Source: a virus (Duplodnaviria; Heunggongvirae; Uroviricota; Caudoviricetes). Taken from it: 42,026 bases of DNA. The first letter of the stretch is position 1. The number at the start of each line of letters is the position of its first letter. The DNA lies in the IMG/VR virus record IMGVR_UViG_2734482779_000005, positions 1 through 42,026 of that record, one strand, 5' to 3'. The notes below the pieces were generated by a model. It saw only the letters and a program-made list of their open reading frames with translations. It was not told the DNA's origin and searched no databases. The position numbers were made by a program, and so were the translations under genes. Of this stretch, positions 8,888-17,134 are shown one piece after another.

Positions 8888-9451
8888 ATGAGGCTAACCG
8901 TGGGTAAGCATCACTGGAAAGTAGAAAAACAGCCTGAGTGGTACGTGAAAGCTGTCAGAAAAACTATCGCGGCGTTGCCGGGGGGTTACGCTGAAGCTGC
9001 TGAGTGGCTGGATGTAACAGAGAACGCTTTATTCAACCGCCTTCGTGCAGATGGCGATCAGATTTTCCCGCTGGGATGGGCAATGATTTTACAGCGCGCG
9101 GCTGGCACTCACTACATTGCGGATGCTGTCGCACAGTCTGCTGGTGGGGTGTTTGTATCGCTTCCTGAAATTGAGGAAGTAGAGAACGCCGATATAAACC
9201 AGCGCCTGCTGGAAGTCATCGAACAGATCGGGAGTTACTCAAAGCAGATTCGTTCGGCAATCGAAGATGGGGTAGTGGAGCCACACGAGCAGACAGCAAT
9301 TAATGATGAGTTGTATCTGTCAATTTCGAAGCTCCAGGAGCATGCAGCACTGGTCTACAAAATCTTTTGCGCTCCAGAAAAGAGTGACGCCCGCGAGTGT
9401 GCAGCTCCGGGCGTCGTGGCGTTTTGTGTCTGTGGAGAAACTAACGCATGA
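8888..9451 (+). CDS. Putative early regulatory protein (CII/YdaT-like position)
   Basis: 187-aa ORF immediately after the cro-like gene; family assignment not secure. Confidence 0.35.
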   Translation: MRLTVGKHHWKVEKQPEWYVKAVRKTIAALPGGYAEAAEWLDVTENALFNRLRADGDQIFPLGWAMILQRAAGTHYIADAVAQSAGGVFVSLPEIEEVENADINQRLLEVIEQIGSYSKQIRSAIEDGVVEPHEQTAINDELYLSISKLQEHAALVYKIFCAPEKSDARECAAPGVVAFCVCGETNA

Positions 9452-10284
9452 ACAGTTTAACGGCAAATAACCGTTTGTCGCAACAGCTGGTGGTCAGCGA
9501 CGCTGACCACCTGTTGTTACGGCATGAATGCAGATTACCAAATCACCTGGCTGTAAGTAACCACAGAGAACTTTACCTGACTGTGGGGGGCGAGTTGTGC
9601 AGGAACTTAACCGCTGGTTTCGTGACGGAAGAGGACTTTATGTTCATGTTATTCGTTGGGAGCCAGAAACACAGCGCGTTATCTATCTTCGCAAAGACTA
9701 CCCGCATGAGTGCTTTAGTCCTTTGTGGAAATTCAGGCGTGATTTTGTTGAGTGTGAAGGACCACCAGCACATTGATTCTGCCATTCCGGGACGTTACAC
9801 TGTTCAGGCACCTTATAAAGCGGGTGCCGGGATTGGCGTCCTGGAAATGTTATCGGCGATATATGACGCGCCAGCGTCTTTTTTATCGTCTGCGTCTGTG
9901 CACACCCAAATTATGGTGGGCTGGACGGGGGCACCGAAAGGTGCGCCGGTTTCCGATAACGCCGGTTACGCCAACCCCGTTCAGTTCACCACCAGCGAAA
10001 TTGGCGTTTCCGGTGGTGAAGGTAATTCACTGTTATCGGAGGCTGCCATCATGGCTACTGTCCCAGCCCTCACTCGTCTGAATGATGAAGACTTACATAA
10101 ACTCAGTTATGTAACAACTGCACTACGTGCTCTGCGCAAGGTAACTCTTTCGGATCCGCAGGCGCATCAGGTTTTGGTAGAAACCCTTCTTAACTTGCAG
10201 GCTGAACGTATTCGTCTGGCGGATAAGGCTAATTTTCATATTCACCGTCTCCTGAATATCAGCGGAGGGCATCGTCATGCTTAA
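9448..10284 (+). CDS. Hypothetical ORF (278 aa), coding status uncertain
   Basis: Longest ORF in the interval, but the N-terminal half is low-complexity and an alternative frame (GTG 9597 to tga 9776) gives a more protein-like 59-aa product; see findings. Confidence 0.25.
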   Translation: MNSLTANNRLSQQLVVSDADHLLLRHECRLPNHLAVSNHRELYLTVGGELCRNLTAGFVTEEDFMFMLFVGSQKHSALSIFAKTTRMSALVLCGNSGVILLSVKDHQHIDSAIPGRYTVQAPYKAGAGIGVLEMLSAIYDAPASFLSSASVHTQIMVGWTGAPKGAPVSDNAGYANPVQFTTSEIGVSGGEGNSLLSEAAIMATVPALTRLNDEDLHKLSYVTTALRALRKVTLSDPQAHQVLVETLLNLQAERIRLADKANFHIHRLLNISGGHRHA

Positions 10285-10513
10285 TCCGTTGATCCTCAAC
10301 ATTTACCGTTTATTTCAGCGTAAAAAAACATCAATTCCTACAGTTGGGCAGTGGTACACCACGCCTGCAGGGCATGTTCTACGTGTTAGCCTGGTTGACC
10401 GTGAATGTCAGAAGGTGATTTGTGAACCGCTGGGCCGTAATTACCGCGTCAGTATGCCGCTTATAGCCTTTCGCTCCGGAAAAAACATGAAGCATCTCGG
10501 AGGTGCAGCATGA
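10277..10513 (+). CDS. Small hypothetical protein (78 aa)
   Basis: ORF track; overlaps the neighbours by 4 to 8 nt in operon fashion. Confidence 0.35.
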   Translation: MLNPLILNIYRLFQRKKTSIPTVGQWYTTPAGHVLRVSLVDRECQKVICEPLGRNYRVSMPLIAFRSGKNMKHLGGAA

Positions 10514-11328
10514 GTATGGAGCTGATGGTTAAAGCGATGAAAATTCGAGTGGGTAATCCATTGCGAAAACTGGTTCTGATCAAGCTGGCTGATAATGCCA
10601 GCGATCAGGGTGAGTGCTGGCCCAGCTACCAGCATATTGCTGACCAGTGCGAGATTAGCAAACGTTCTGTGATGAATCATATTGCGGCCCTTTGTGAGTC
10701 CGGGCTGGTAAAAAAAGTCACCCGGAAAGGTGAAAAAGGTAACTCAAGTAATATCTATCTCCTTCATCTGGATGGTGCAGGAGATTCACCAGGGGGTAGT
10801 GCAAATAATTCACTATCTGGTGCAGCAAATTCACCAGGTAGTGCAGGAGTTGCACCAGGGGGTAGTGCAGGAGATTCACCCAGAACCAGTCACTCTTTTG
10901 AACCAGTCAAAGAACCAGTCAATGAACCAATAGCTGTTGGTGCATCTGCTGATGAGTCTGTGCGAGTTCGTTCAAACCGACCGGAATACTCTCCGGAGTT
11001 TGAGCAGGCATGGCTGGCATATCCCAAACGTGCTGGTGGCAATTCAAAATCTGCAGCCTTCAAAGCCTGGAAAGCCCGTTTGAATGAGGGGGTAAACCCC
11101 GAAACCATGCTGGAAGGTGTGAAACGCTATGCGGGCTGGGTATCTGCGATGGGTAACAGCGGCACACAATTTGTGAAACAGGCTGTCACGTTCTTTGGTC
11201 CGGATCGTCATTTCGAAGAATCCTGGGAAGTTCCTGCGGTATCTGCAGCCAGACGTGAGGACCCGTACTTCAAAGCCAGTTACGACAACGTGGACTACAG
11301 CCAGATCCCGGCAGGATTCAGGGGGTGA
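10510..11328 (+). CDS. Replication initiator (lambda O-like) with N-terminal HTH and internal iteron-encoded linker
   Basis: N-terminal …LRKLVLIKLADNASDQGECWPSYQHIADQCEISKRSVMNHIAALCESGLV… HTH; origin-like direct repeats lie within the gene, as in lambda O. Confidence 0.6.
   Translation: MSMELMVKAMKIRVGNPLRKLVLIKLADNASDQGECWPSYQHIADQCEISKRSVMNHIAALCESGLVKKVTRKGEKGNSSNIYLLHLDGAGDSPGGSANNSLSGAANSPGSAGVAPGGSAGDSPRTSHSFEPVKEPVNEPIAVGASADESVRVRSNRPEYSPEFEQAWLAYPKRAGGNSKSAAFKAWKARLNEGVNPETMLEGVKRYAGWVSAMGNSGTQFVKQAVTFFGPDRHFEESWEVPAVSAARREDPYFKASYDNVDYSQIPAGFRG
10775..10930. repeat. Candidate replication origin: five iterons (gtgcaggagattcacc family, spaced about 22 bp) followed by three copies of gaaccagtca
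   Basis: Direct repeats at 10775-10790, 10797-10812 (variant), 10820-10835, 10841-10856 and 10865-10880; gaaccagtca-type repeats at about 10884-10925. Confidence 0.6.
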
Positions 11329-11819
11329 TCATGAGTCTTTTGAATGAAGTTCAGAAATTCATTGAAGCCCATCCGGGGTGTACTTCCGGAGACATTGCGG
11401 ATGCTTTTGCAGGTTACTCACGGCAGCGCGTTCTGCAGTCAGCAAGCAAGTTACGTCAGAGTGGGCGTGTGGCTCACCGTTGTGAAGGAGATACACGCAG
11501 ACATTTCCCACGCCTGACTGAGAGAGCGCAGGAGCCGGAACCACAACCAGTTCGTGAAACCAAACCTGTGCGCAATTTCTATGTCGGCACTAACGATCCC
11601 CGGGTGATTTTGTGCCTGACCCGCCAGGCTGAAGAGCTGGAGTCCAGGGGGTTATACCGTCGTGCTGCAACGGTGTGGATGGCGGCATTCCGAGAAAGCC
11701 ACTCCCAGCCAGAACGAAACAATTTTCTGGCACGTCGTGAGCGGTGCTTACGGAAAAGCAGCAAGCGCGCTGCATCGGGTGAAGAGTGGTATCTGTCAGG
11801 GAATTACGTGGGGGCTTAA
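11325..11819 (+). CDS. Hypothetical regulator-like protein (possible winged-helix N-terminus; C-terminus reminiscent of the PerC family)
   Basis: 164 aa; …GLYRRAATVWMAAFRESHSQPERNNFLARRERCLRK… resembles the PerC-type motif as I recall; unverified. Confidence 0.3.
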   Translation: MIMSLLNEVQKFIEAHPGCTSGDIADAFAGYSRQRVLQSASKLRQSGRVAHRCEGDTRRHFPRLTERAQEPEPQPVRETKPVRNFYVGTNDPRVILCLTRQAEELESRGLYRRAATVWMAAFRESHSQPERNNFLARRERCLRKSSKRAASGEEWYLSGNYVGA

Positions 11820-12472
11820 TGAGTAATAAATATTGCCGGGCGCTGGTGGAACTGCGGAACAAACCAGCCCATGAACTGAAGGAAGTGGGCGATCAGTGGC
11901 GCACGCCGGATAACATTTTCTGGGGAATTAACACCCTGTTTGGCCCGTTTGTTCTGGATCTGTTTACTGACGGTGATAACGCCAAATGTGCAGCGTATTA
12001 CACGGCGGAAGATAACGCGCTGGCGCATGACTGGTCAGAACGTCTTGCGGAGCTTAAAGGTGCTGCCTTTGGTAATCCCCCATACAGCCGCGCCAGTCAG
12101 CATGAGGGGCAATACATCACCGGCATGCGTTACATCATGAAACATGCCAGTGCCATGCGTGATAAGGGCGGGCGCTATGTTTTCCTGATCAAAGCTGCCA
12201 CCAGCGAAGTGTGGTGGCCGGAAGATGCGGACCATATTGCTTTTATTCGCGGGCGTATTGGTTTTGAACTGCCTGCCTGGTTTATCCCGAAGGATGAGAA
12301 GCAGGTGCCGACAGGCGCTTTCTTCGCTGGTGCTATTGCTGTTTTCGACAAGACCTGGAAGGGACCGGCAATCAGCTACATCGGGCGCGATGAACTTGAG
12401 GCATGTGGTGAGGCGTTTCTGGCGCAGGTTCGCCAGCAGGCAGAAAAACTTGTCAGGGAGATGGCGGCATGA
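11819..12472 (+). CDS. Phage DNA N6-adenine methyltransferase (Dam-like)
   Basis: NPPY catalytic motif (…AAFGNPPYSRAS…); start placed at ATG 11819 overlapping the upstream stop (track ORF starts 11786). Confidence 0.75.
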   Translation: MSNKYCRALVELRNKPAHELKEVGDQWRTPDNIFWGINTLFGPFVLDLFTDGDNAKCAAYYTAEDNALAHDWSERLAELKGAAFGNPPYSRASQHEGQYITGMRYIMKHASAMRDKGGRYVFLIKAATSEVWWPEDADHIAFIRGRIGFELPAWFIPKDEKQVPTGAFFAGAIAVFDKTWKGPAISYIGRDELEACGEAFLAQVRQQAEKLVREMAA

Positions 12473-12795
12473 CGACGTTAACTCAATGCCAGCAGCAGGT
12501 GCTGGATATGCTGATTTCTTACCAGCAAGAGCGTGGCTTTCCGCCAACCAATCAGGAGGTGGCAACCATGCTGGGATACCGTTCAGTGAATGCAGCGGTG
12601 GAGCATCTTCGCGCACTGGAGAAAAAAGGCGTCATCACGATAAAGCGTGGCGTGGCCCGGGGGATAACGCTTCATACCACAGTGAAGGACGACGACAGCG
12701 AGGCAGCCGGGATTATCCGCGCACTGCTTGCCGGTGAGGAAAACGCCAGACTGCGTGCAGCCCACTGGTTACATGAGAGGGGCCTGAAAGTATGA
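12469..12795 (+). CDS. LexA N-terminal DNA-binding-domain-like protein (no peptidase domain)
   Basis: 108 aa; MTTLTQCQQQVLDMLISYQQERGFPPTNQEVATMLGYRSVNAAVEHLRALEKKGVI resembles the LexA winged-helix domain; the ORF ends before any S24 domain. Confidence 0.5.
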   Translation: MTTLTQCQQQVLDMLISYQQERGFPPTNQEVATMLGYRSVNAAVEHLRALEKKGVITIKRGVARGITLHTTVKDDDSEAAGIIRALLAGEENARLRAAHWLHERGLKV

Positions 12796-13181
12796 AGCTG
12801 ATCCTGCCTTTCCCGCCCAGCGTGAACACGTACTGGCGACACCCCAACAAAGGGGCGTTTGCTGGTAAGAGCCTGATAAGCGCGGCGGGGCGAAAATTCC
12901 AGAGCGCGGCGTGCGCAGCAATAGTTGAGCAGTTACGTCGTCTGCCGAAACCAACGTCGGCACCTGCTTCAGTGGAGATCGTGTTGTTTCCTCCGGATAA
13001 CCGGATCCGCGATCTGGACAACTATAACAAGGCGCTGTTTGACGCCCTGACCCACGCGGGTGTGTGGGAAGACGACAGTCAGGTGAAAAGAATGCTGGTG
13101 GAGTGGGGACCGGTTATCCCGGAAGGGAAGGTCGAGATCACTATCAGTAAGTACGAGAAAACGGCGGGTGCAGCCGCCTGA
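12792..13181 (+). CDS. rusA: Holliday-junction resolvase RusA
   Basis: 129 aa; LPFPPSVNTYWRH…DLDNYNKALFDALTHAGVWEDDSQV matches the RusA pattern. Confidence 0.8.
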   Translation: MKLILPFPPSVNTYWRHPNKGAFAGKSLISAAGRKFQSAACAAIVEQLRRLPKPTSAPASVEIVLFPPDNRIRDLDNYNKALFDALTHAGVWEDDSQVKRMLVEWGPVIPEGKVEITISKYEKTAGAAA

Positions 13182-13200
13182 TTAAGAGGAGAAACGAAGT

Positions 13201-14010
13201 ATGAATAATCTGATGGTCATTGATGGTATTGAAGTTCGTCGTGATGCTTATGGGCGTTACAGCCTGAACGATCTGCATCGCGCAGCAGTAGCATCTGGTG
13301 CAAATGCCAGAACCAAGGAGCCGGGAAAGTTTCTTTCCAGCCAACAAACTGTTGAGCTTGTTCATGAATTGACCAACACCCAGAATTTGGGTGTTGACCC
13401 GGTGAGTGTGATTCATGGGGGAAATGAACGGGGAACTTATGTCTGCAAGGAACTGGTGTATGCCTATGCAATGTGGATCAGCCCGTCATTCCATCTGAAG
13501 GTGATCCGTACTTTCGATATGGTAACCAGCGCACCGGAAAAATTATCCGGGCAGGCTGCTGACAAGATGCAGGCTGGAGTGATTCTGCTGGACTTTATGC
13601 GCAGGGAGTTAAACCTGTCTAACTCTTCAGTGCTTGGGGCCTGTCAGAAACTCCAGGAGGCTGTTGGCTTACCGAATCTGGCACCGCGCTATGCCATTGA
13701 TGCTCCTGCTGACGCGCCTGATGGCTCAAGCCGCCCCACGCTGTCACTGAGTGCATTGCTGAAGCAGTATGGTATCCGCCTGACAGCTAATCAGGCATAT
13801 CACCAGATGGTGAAGCTGGGGATCGTCGAGCAGCGCGAACGATACAGCCGTACCGCGATTAACAACATCAAAAAATTCTGGTCACTGACAGCGAAAGGCT
13901 GCATGTTCGGCAAGAACATCACCAGTCCCGCAAATCCGCGCGAGACGCAGCCGCATTTCTTCGAATCCCGATTCCCTGAGCTGTTAAAGCTGCTCGATAC
14001 CGTACATTGA
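13201..14010 (+). CDS. KilA-N domain protein (antirepressor-like)
   Basis: N-terminal …IDGIEVRRDAYGRYSLNDLHRAA… is KilA-N-like; 269 aa. Confidence 0.5.
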   Translation: MNNLMVIDGIEVRRDAYGRYSLNDLHRAAVASGANARTKEPGKFLSSQQTVELVHELTNTQNLGVDPVSVIHGGNERGTYVCKELVYAYAMWISPSFHLKVIRTFDMVTSAPEKLSGQAADKMQAGVILLDFMRRELNLSNSSVLGACQKLQEAVGLPNLAPRYAIDAPADAPDGSSRPTLSLSALLKQYGIRLTANQAYHQMVKLGIVEQRERYSRTAINNIKKFWSLTAKGCMFGKNITSPANPRETQPHFFESRFPELLKLLDTVH

Positions 14011-14011
14011 G

Positions 14012-15007
14012 GTGACCGTGAGAGCACTACTGACCCCTGAAATTGCCCCGCGTATGGGGATCGTATTGTTCAGACCAGGTTCAGAGCTGATGCCCCTGTT
14101 TATGCAGGGGCGTGTCCTGCTGGAGCCTGAGCCGGAACGTTATTCATCTTTCGCCAGTGGTGCCGTTCCGGCGGCATCACAACCGCTGGCGGATGATCCT
14201 ACCGTTCGGGCCGTGTTCCGCAATGAGGCAGTGATCCGTCGTGCTGGTGGCGTGGAATGTCTTGAAAGCTGGTTACTTCGTGAAAAAGGCTGCCAGTGGC
14301 CTCATTCCGACTGGCACAGCGAGAACATGACCACAATGCGACACGCTCCGGGTGCAATCCGTCTGTGCTGGCACTGCGATAACCAGCTGCGCGATCAGTT
14401 CACGGAACGGCTGGAATCAATGGCAACGGATAACTGTGCCCGCTGGGTGTTGTCTGTTGTGCGTCGGGATCTCGGTTTTGATGACAGTCACGTTGTGACA
14501 ATGCCGGAACTGTGCTGGTGGCTGATTCGTAATGACCTGGCGGATGCCTTACCGGAAAGTGCAGCCCGTAAGGCACTGAGATTACCGAAGCCTGTTGTGC
14601 CGTCTGTCACCCGGGAAAGTGACCTTGTGCCTTCGGTTCCTGCCACCAGCATCATCCAGGATAAGGCGAAAAAGGTGCTGGCGCTGAAAGTGGATCCGGA
14701 GTCGCCGGAGTCTTTTATGTTACGCCCAAAACGTCGCCGCTGGGTTAATGAAAAGTACACGCGCTGGGTTAAGACACAGCCGTGTGCATGTTGTGGAAAG
14801 CCCGCTGATGATCCCCACTACCTGATAGGTTACGGTCAGGGTGGAATGGGAACAAAAGCGCATGACCTTTTTGTGTTGCCTTTGTGCAGAAAGCATCACG
14901 ACGAGCTGCATGCGGATACCGTGGTATTTGAAGAAAAGTATGGCTCTCAGTTGGAGCTGATATTTCGTTTTATCGATCGTGCGCTGGCAATTGGCGTGCT
15001 GGCCTGA
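14012..15007 (+). CDS. DUF968-like prophage protein with C-terminal Cys/His (HNH-like) motif
   Basis: 331 aa; C-terminal …QPCACCGKPADDPHY…HDLFVLPLCRKHHDELH; typical nin-region position before Q. Confidence 0.45.
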   Translation: MTVRALLTPEIAPRMGIVLFRPGSELMPLFMQGRVLLEPEPERYSSFASGAVPAASQPLADDPTVRAVFRNEAVIRRAGGVECLESWLLREKGCQWPHSDWHSENMTTMRHAPGAIRLCWHCDNQLRDQFTERLESMATDNCARWVLSVVRRDLGFDDSHVVTMPELCWWLIRNDLADALPESAARKALRLPKPVVPSVTRESDLVPSVPATSIIQDKAKKVLALKVDPESPESFMLRPKRRRWVNEKYTRWVKTQPCACCGKPADDPHYLIGYGQGGMGTKAHDLFVLPLCRKHHDELHADTVVFEEKYGSQLELIFRFIDRALAIGVLA

Positions 15008-15024
15008 TTTTGTGGAGAAAGTTG

Positions 15025-15390
15025 ATGCGTGATATTCAAATGGTTCTGGATCGTTGGGGAGCATGGGCGGCGAGTGATAGTTCTGGAGTAGACTATTCGC
15101 CTATAGCTGCTGGGTTTAAGGGGCTTCTTCCCTACACAAGCAAAACACGTCAGGCTTGTTCAGATAGTGATGCATTAATTATTGAAGGTTGTCTTGCTCG
15201 TCTAAAGCAAAAAAAGCCAGATGAGCACTCGCTGCTTGTGGCACATTATTTATACAGAATATCCAAGCGTAAGATTGCAAAGGTGCGTGGAAAGGATGAA
15301 AAATTGGTACGCATAGAAATACAACTAGCCGAAGGATTTATTGATGGTTGCCTTTCAATGTTGGATGTTAACCTTGAAATGGACGCTTAG
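15025..15390 (+). CDS. Q: Late-gene antitermination protein Q
   Basis: MRDIQMVLDRWGAWAA…IAAGFKGLLP matches the phage antiterminator Q family; ATG 15025 with GGAGA 6 nt upstream. Confidence 0.75.
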   Translation: MRDIQMVLDRWGAWAASDSSGVDYSPIAAGFKGLLPYTSKTRQACSDSDALIIEGCLARLKQKKPDEHSLLVAHYLYRISKRKIAKVRGKDEKLVRIEIQLAEGFIDGCLSMLDVNLEMDA

Positions 15391-15396
15391 GGTTGC

Positions 15397-15426
15397 ACAG
15401 GTTGGCCCCATATGAGGCCAACCTGT
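15397..15426. other. Perfect 11-bp stem-loop (acaggttggcc / ggccaacctgt, 8-nt loop) with no U-tract, between convergent Q and the inverted cassette
   Basis: Read directly; neither strand has a following T-run. Confidence 0.5.
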
Positions 15427-15875
15427 CACAAGTGGGGGAAGATTTTTCGTAACACTAACCAACACCTTCCGAAGGTATATAGCGAAATTATAAGGGAGGA
15501 TAAGCCTAACAGTATGAACAGGAAATCAATAGGTTTGCCCGCAACAATAACATCATCAGGTAGAAACATCGCTATCAATGGAAATATACACGCGACGATG
15601 AGAGTTAACCCTGTTGAAAGTAATCTATTTACCAGAGTTGGTAACACGTTGTTTTGCTTAAGGGCATTAATTGCTCCTTCCTTATCGCTGTTTGCACTAC
15701 TAAATATAGATATTGCAGCCAGAACAAAACCAAACAGGATGCCTGATATAGTCGAGAGCACCCCCGCTGTTGTGAGTACGTCAGCATGCTTCATCGGTTT
15801 AAACAGTTTTGTCGCTGCATAGGTCAACAGAATCCAGAGGACGCATTTCCAGAGAAAAGTGGCTAATTCTCTCAT
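15426..15875 (-). CDS. Four-TM small membrane protein, candidate RexB-like partner
   Basis: 149 aa from the ATG preceded by GGAGGA; four hydrophobic segments (LATFLWKCVLWILLTYAATKLF, VLTTAGVLSTISGILFGFVLAAISIF, LLSTGLTLIVACIFPLIAMFL, IDFLFILLGLSSLIISLYTF); 9-nt gap to the upstream gene. Confidence 0.45.
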   Translation of the reverse strand: MRELATFLWKCVLWILLTYAATKLFKPMKHADVLTTAGVLSTISGILFGFVLAAISIFSSANSDKEGAINALKQNNVLPTLVNRLLSTGLTLIVACIFPLIAMFLPDDVIVAGKPIDFLFILLGLSSLIISLYTFGRCWLVLRKIFPHL

Positions 15876-15896
15876 TGTGTCCTCCATGCTTGGTTA

Positions 15897-16838
15897 TTAG
15901 TCTCTGCTAGCGAGCTCATACTGTGCAAGATAGTTCGCGTTATCAATTTTAGCAGATATCATCGCCGTTCTGATATCAGAATCGGATGGATAACCGCTTT
16001 TGACAATGATTGTCTTTGTACTGACCAATACTTGGTCAAGTAGACTTTTGGGCGTTCTATTGGATGGCTCTGTTACATCAATTTTTTTAATTTTTAGACC
16101 TCCAGAACCTTTTGGAAAAAGTTCAAGTAGTTCCTTAATAGCATCGGTGACAGAAGTTTTTAGATAGTTAAACCCTTGTTTTTTCGGGCGAATCCGACCT
16201 CGCATATTTAATCTTAGATGCGACCCGCCCATACCAACAACCATGTCAATAATTTCATTAGCTAAAGGGTTTTTAATCTTATAATTAGCTTTGTTAAAGT
16301 TTCTTGGAGCAGCAACTATAAGATCGAAACTACGTAGGATATTTCCGTCCTCAAGCAGTTCCTTCATGCTCTCTTGTTTCCAAATGGCTTCAAAAGTGAC
16401 GCTTTTTAAATCAGTTTTGTTATACAAAATGAATGCCAGATCATTTACTTTGGGCCCTATATGGTTGAGGGTCATAGCTAATAAGTCCGTTTCGTAGTAA
16501 TAGATAAAATATGTTCTTTCAACTACAGAATCTTTATCATTTAAAGGAATTGTTCTCTCACTACCTGTAGCATCCTCGATGAACGGTAGTAGGCATTCCC
16601 TTCTCCACGATACGTAACCAAAGTAACATTGCAGTGTGGTATCTTTTTGAAGAATAACTAACTTTAACCCTCGATTTGGGGTGTCTGTTGTGTAAGTTAT
16701 TGGAAAAGTTACAGTATCTGCTGTGGTCATTTGCTCAAAGGCTAGTTTTGCAGCAGATGTGCCATCTTTTTTGCTTCCATTACCAGTGAAAAAACCAACT
16801 CTCACTCGCCTGGTTTTATTCTTATTTTCTGTACTCAT
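15897..16838 (-). CDS. 313-aa soluble protein, candidate RexA-like exclusion protein
   Basis: AT-rich ORF antisense to the late operon; YYYETDLLAMTLNHIGPKVNDLAFIL and FDLIVAAPRNF resemble lambda RexA FVEGDTIGFARTVFGPTTSDLTDFL and FDSLDIVIKPKF as I recall them; needs verification. Confidence 0.4.
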   Translation of the reverse strand: MSTENKNKTRRVRVGFFTGNGSKKDGTSAAKLAFEQMTTADTVTFPITYTTDTPNRGLKLVILQKDTTLQCYFGYVSWRRECLLPFIEDATGSERTIPLNDKDSVVERTYFIYYYETDLLAMTLNHIGPKVNDLAFILYNKTDLKSVTFEAIWKQESMKELLEDGNILRSFDLIVAAPRNFNKANYKIKNPLANEIIDMVVGMGGSHLRLNMRGRIRPKKQGFNYLKTSVTDAIKELLELFPKGSGGLKIKKIDVTEPSNRTPKSLLDQVLVSTKTIIVKSGYPSDSDIRTAMISAKIDNANYLAQYELASRD

Positions 16839-16962
16839 TATCGATCCGAAATAATTTTAGCAACCGTGTGAAAAATACAACAAAAAAAAGAGGAAATCAT
16901 TAGCGCGGTCCGCAAAAAACATTGTAATCTGTTAAGAGTGGTTACTTCGCCACACAGCTTAA

Positions 16963-16987
16963 ACCCGCCGTCGAGCGGGTTTTGTCG
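16963..16987 (+). terminator. tR'-like rho-independent terminator upstream of the lysis cassette
   Basis: acccgc-cgtcga-gcgggt followed by tttgtcgttt; position matches the Q-antiterminated tR' of lambdoid late operons. Confidence 0.45.
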
Positions 16988-17134
16988 TTTCTGTGGCTGG
17001 GGATTCGTTGGTCCTGGCCTATTCCGCAGTTCTCCATCGGTTCGGCTTCTTTGATGTTTCCGCTTCTGATTTGCGGTACATGATGTTCCCTCAATTTGCA
17101 CCTGCTGTATCAGCAAGGTGAGAGATAACTATAA

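Noticed and set aside
9773-10081. 102-aa ORF (TTG start) in the third frame of the ambiguous interval
   Set aside because: Arg/Trp/Pro-rich, non-protein-like composition; likely an out-of-frame artefact.
15412-15822. 136-aa plus-strand ORF overlapping the membrane-protein gene
   Set aside because: Lies entirely antisense to the better-supported four-TM gene with its RBS and operon context; composition looks like an antisense shadow.
15426-16838. Kiwa (KwaA/KwaB) assignment for the membrane-plus-soluble pair
   Set aside because: Kiwa has the membrane gene first; here the soluble gene comes first, matching Rex-type order, and the local motif similarity I can recall is to RexA. Not excluded without a profile search.
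15391-17134. Shiga-toxin-type conversion genes at the Q/lysis hotspot
   Set aside because: The two encoded proteins have no signal-peptide A/B-subunit architecture and are on the opposite strand; not toxin-like.
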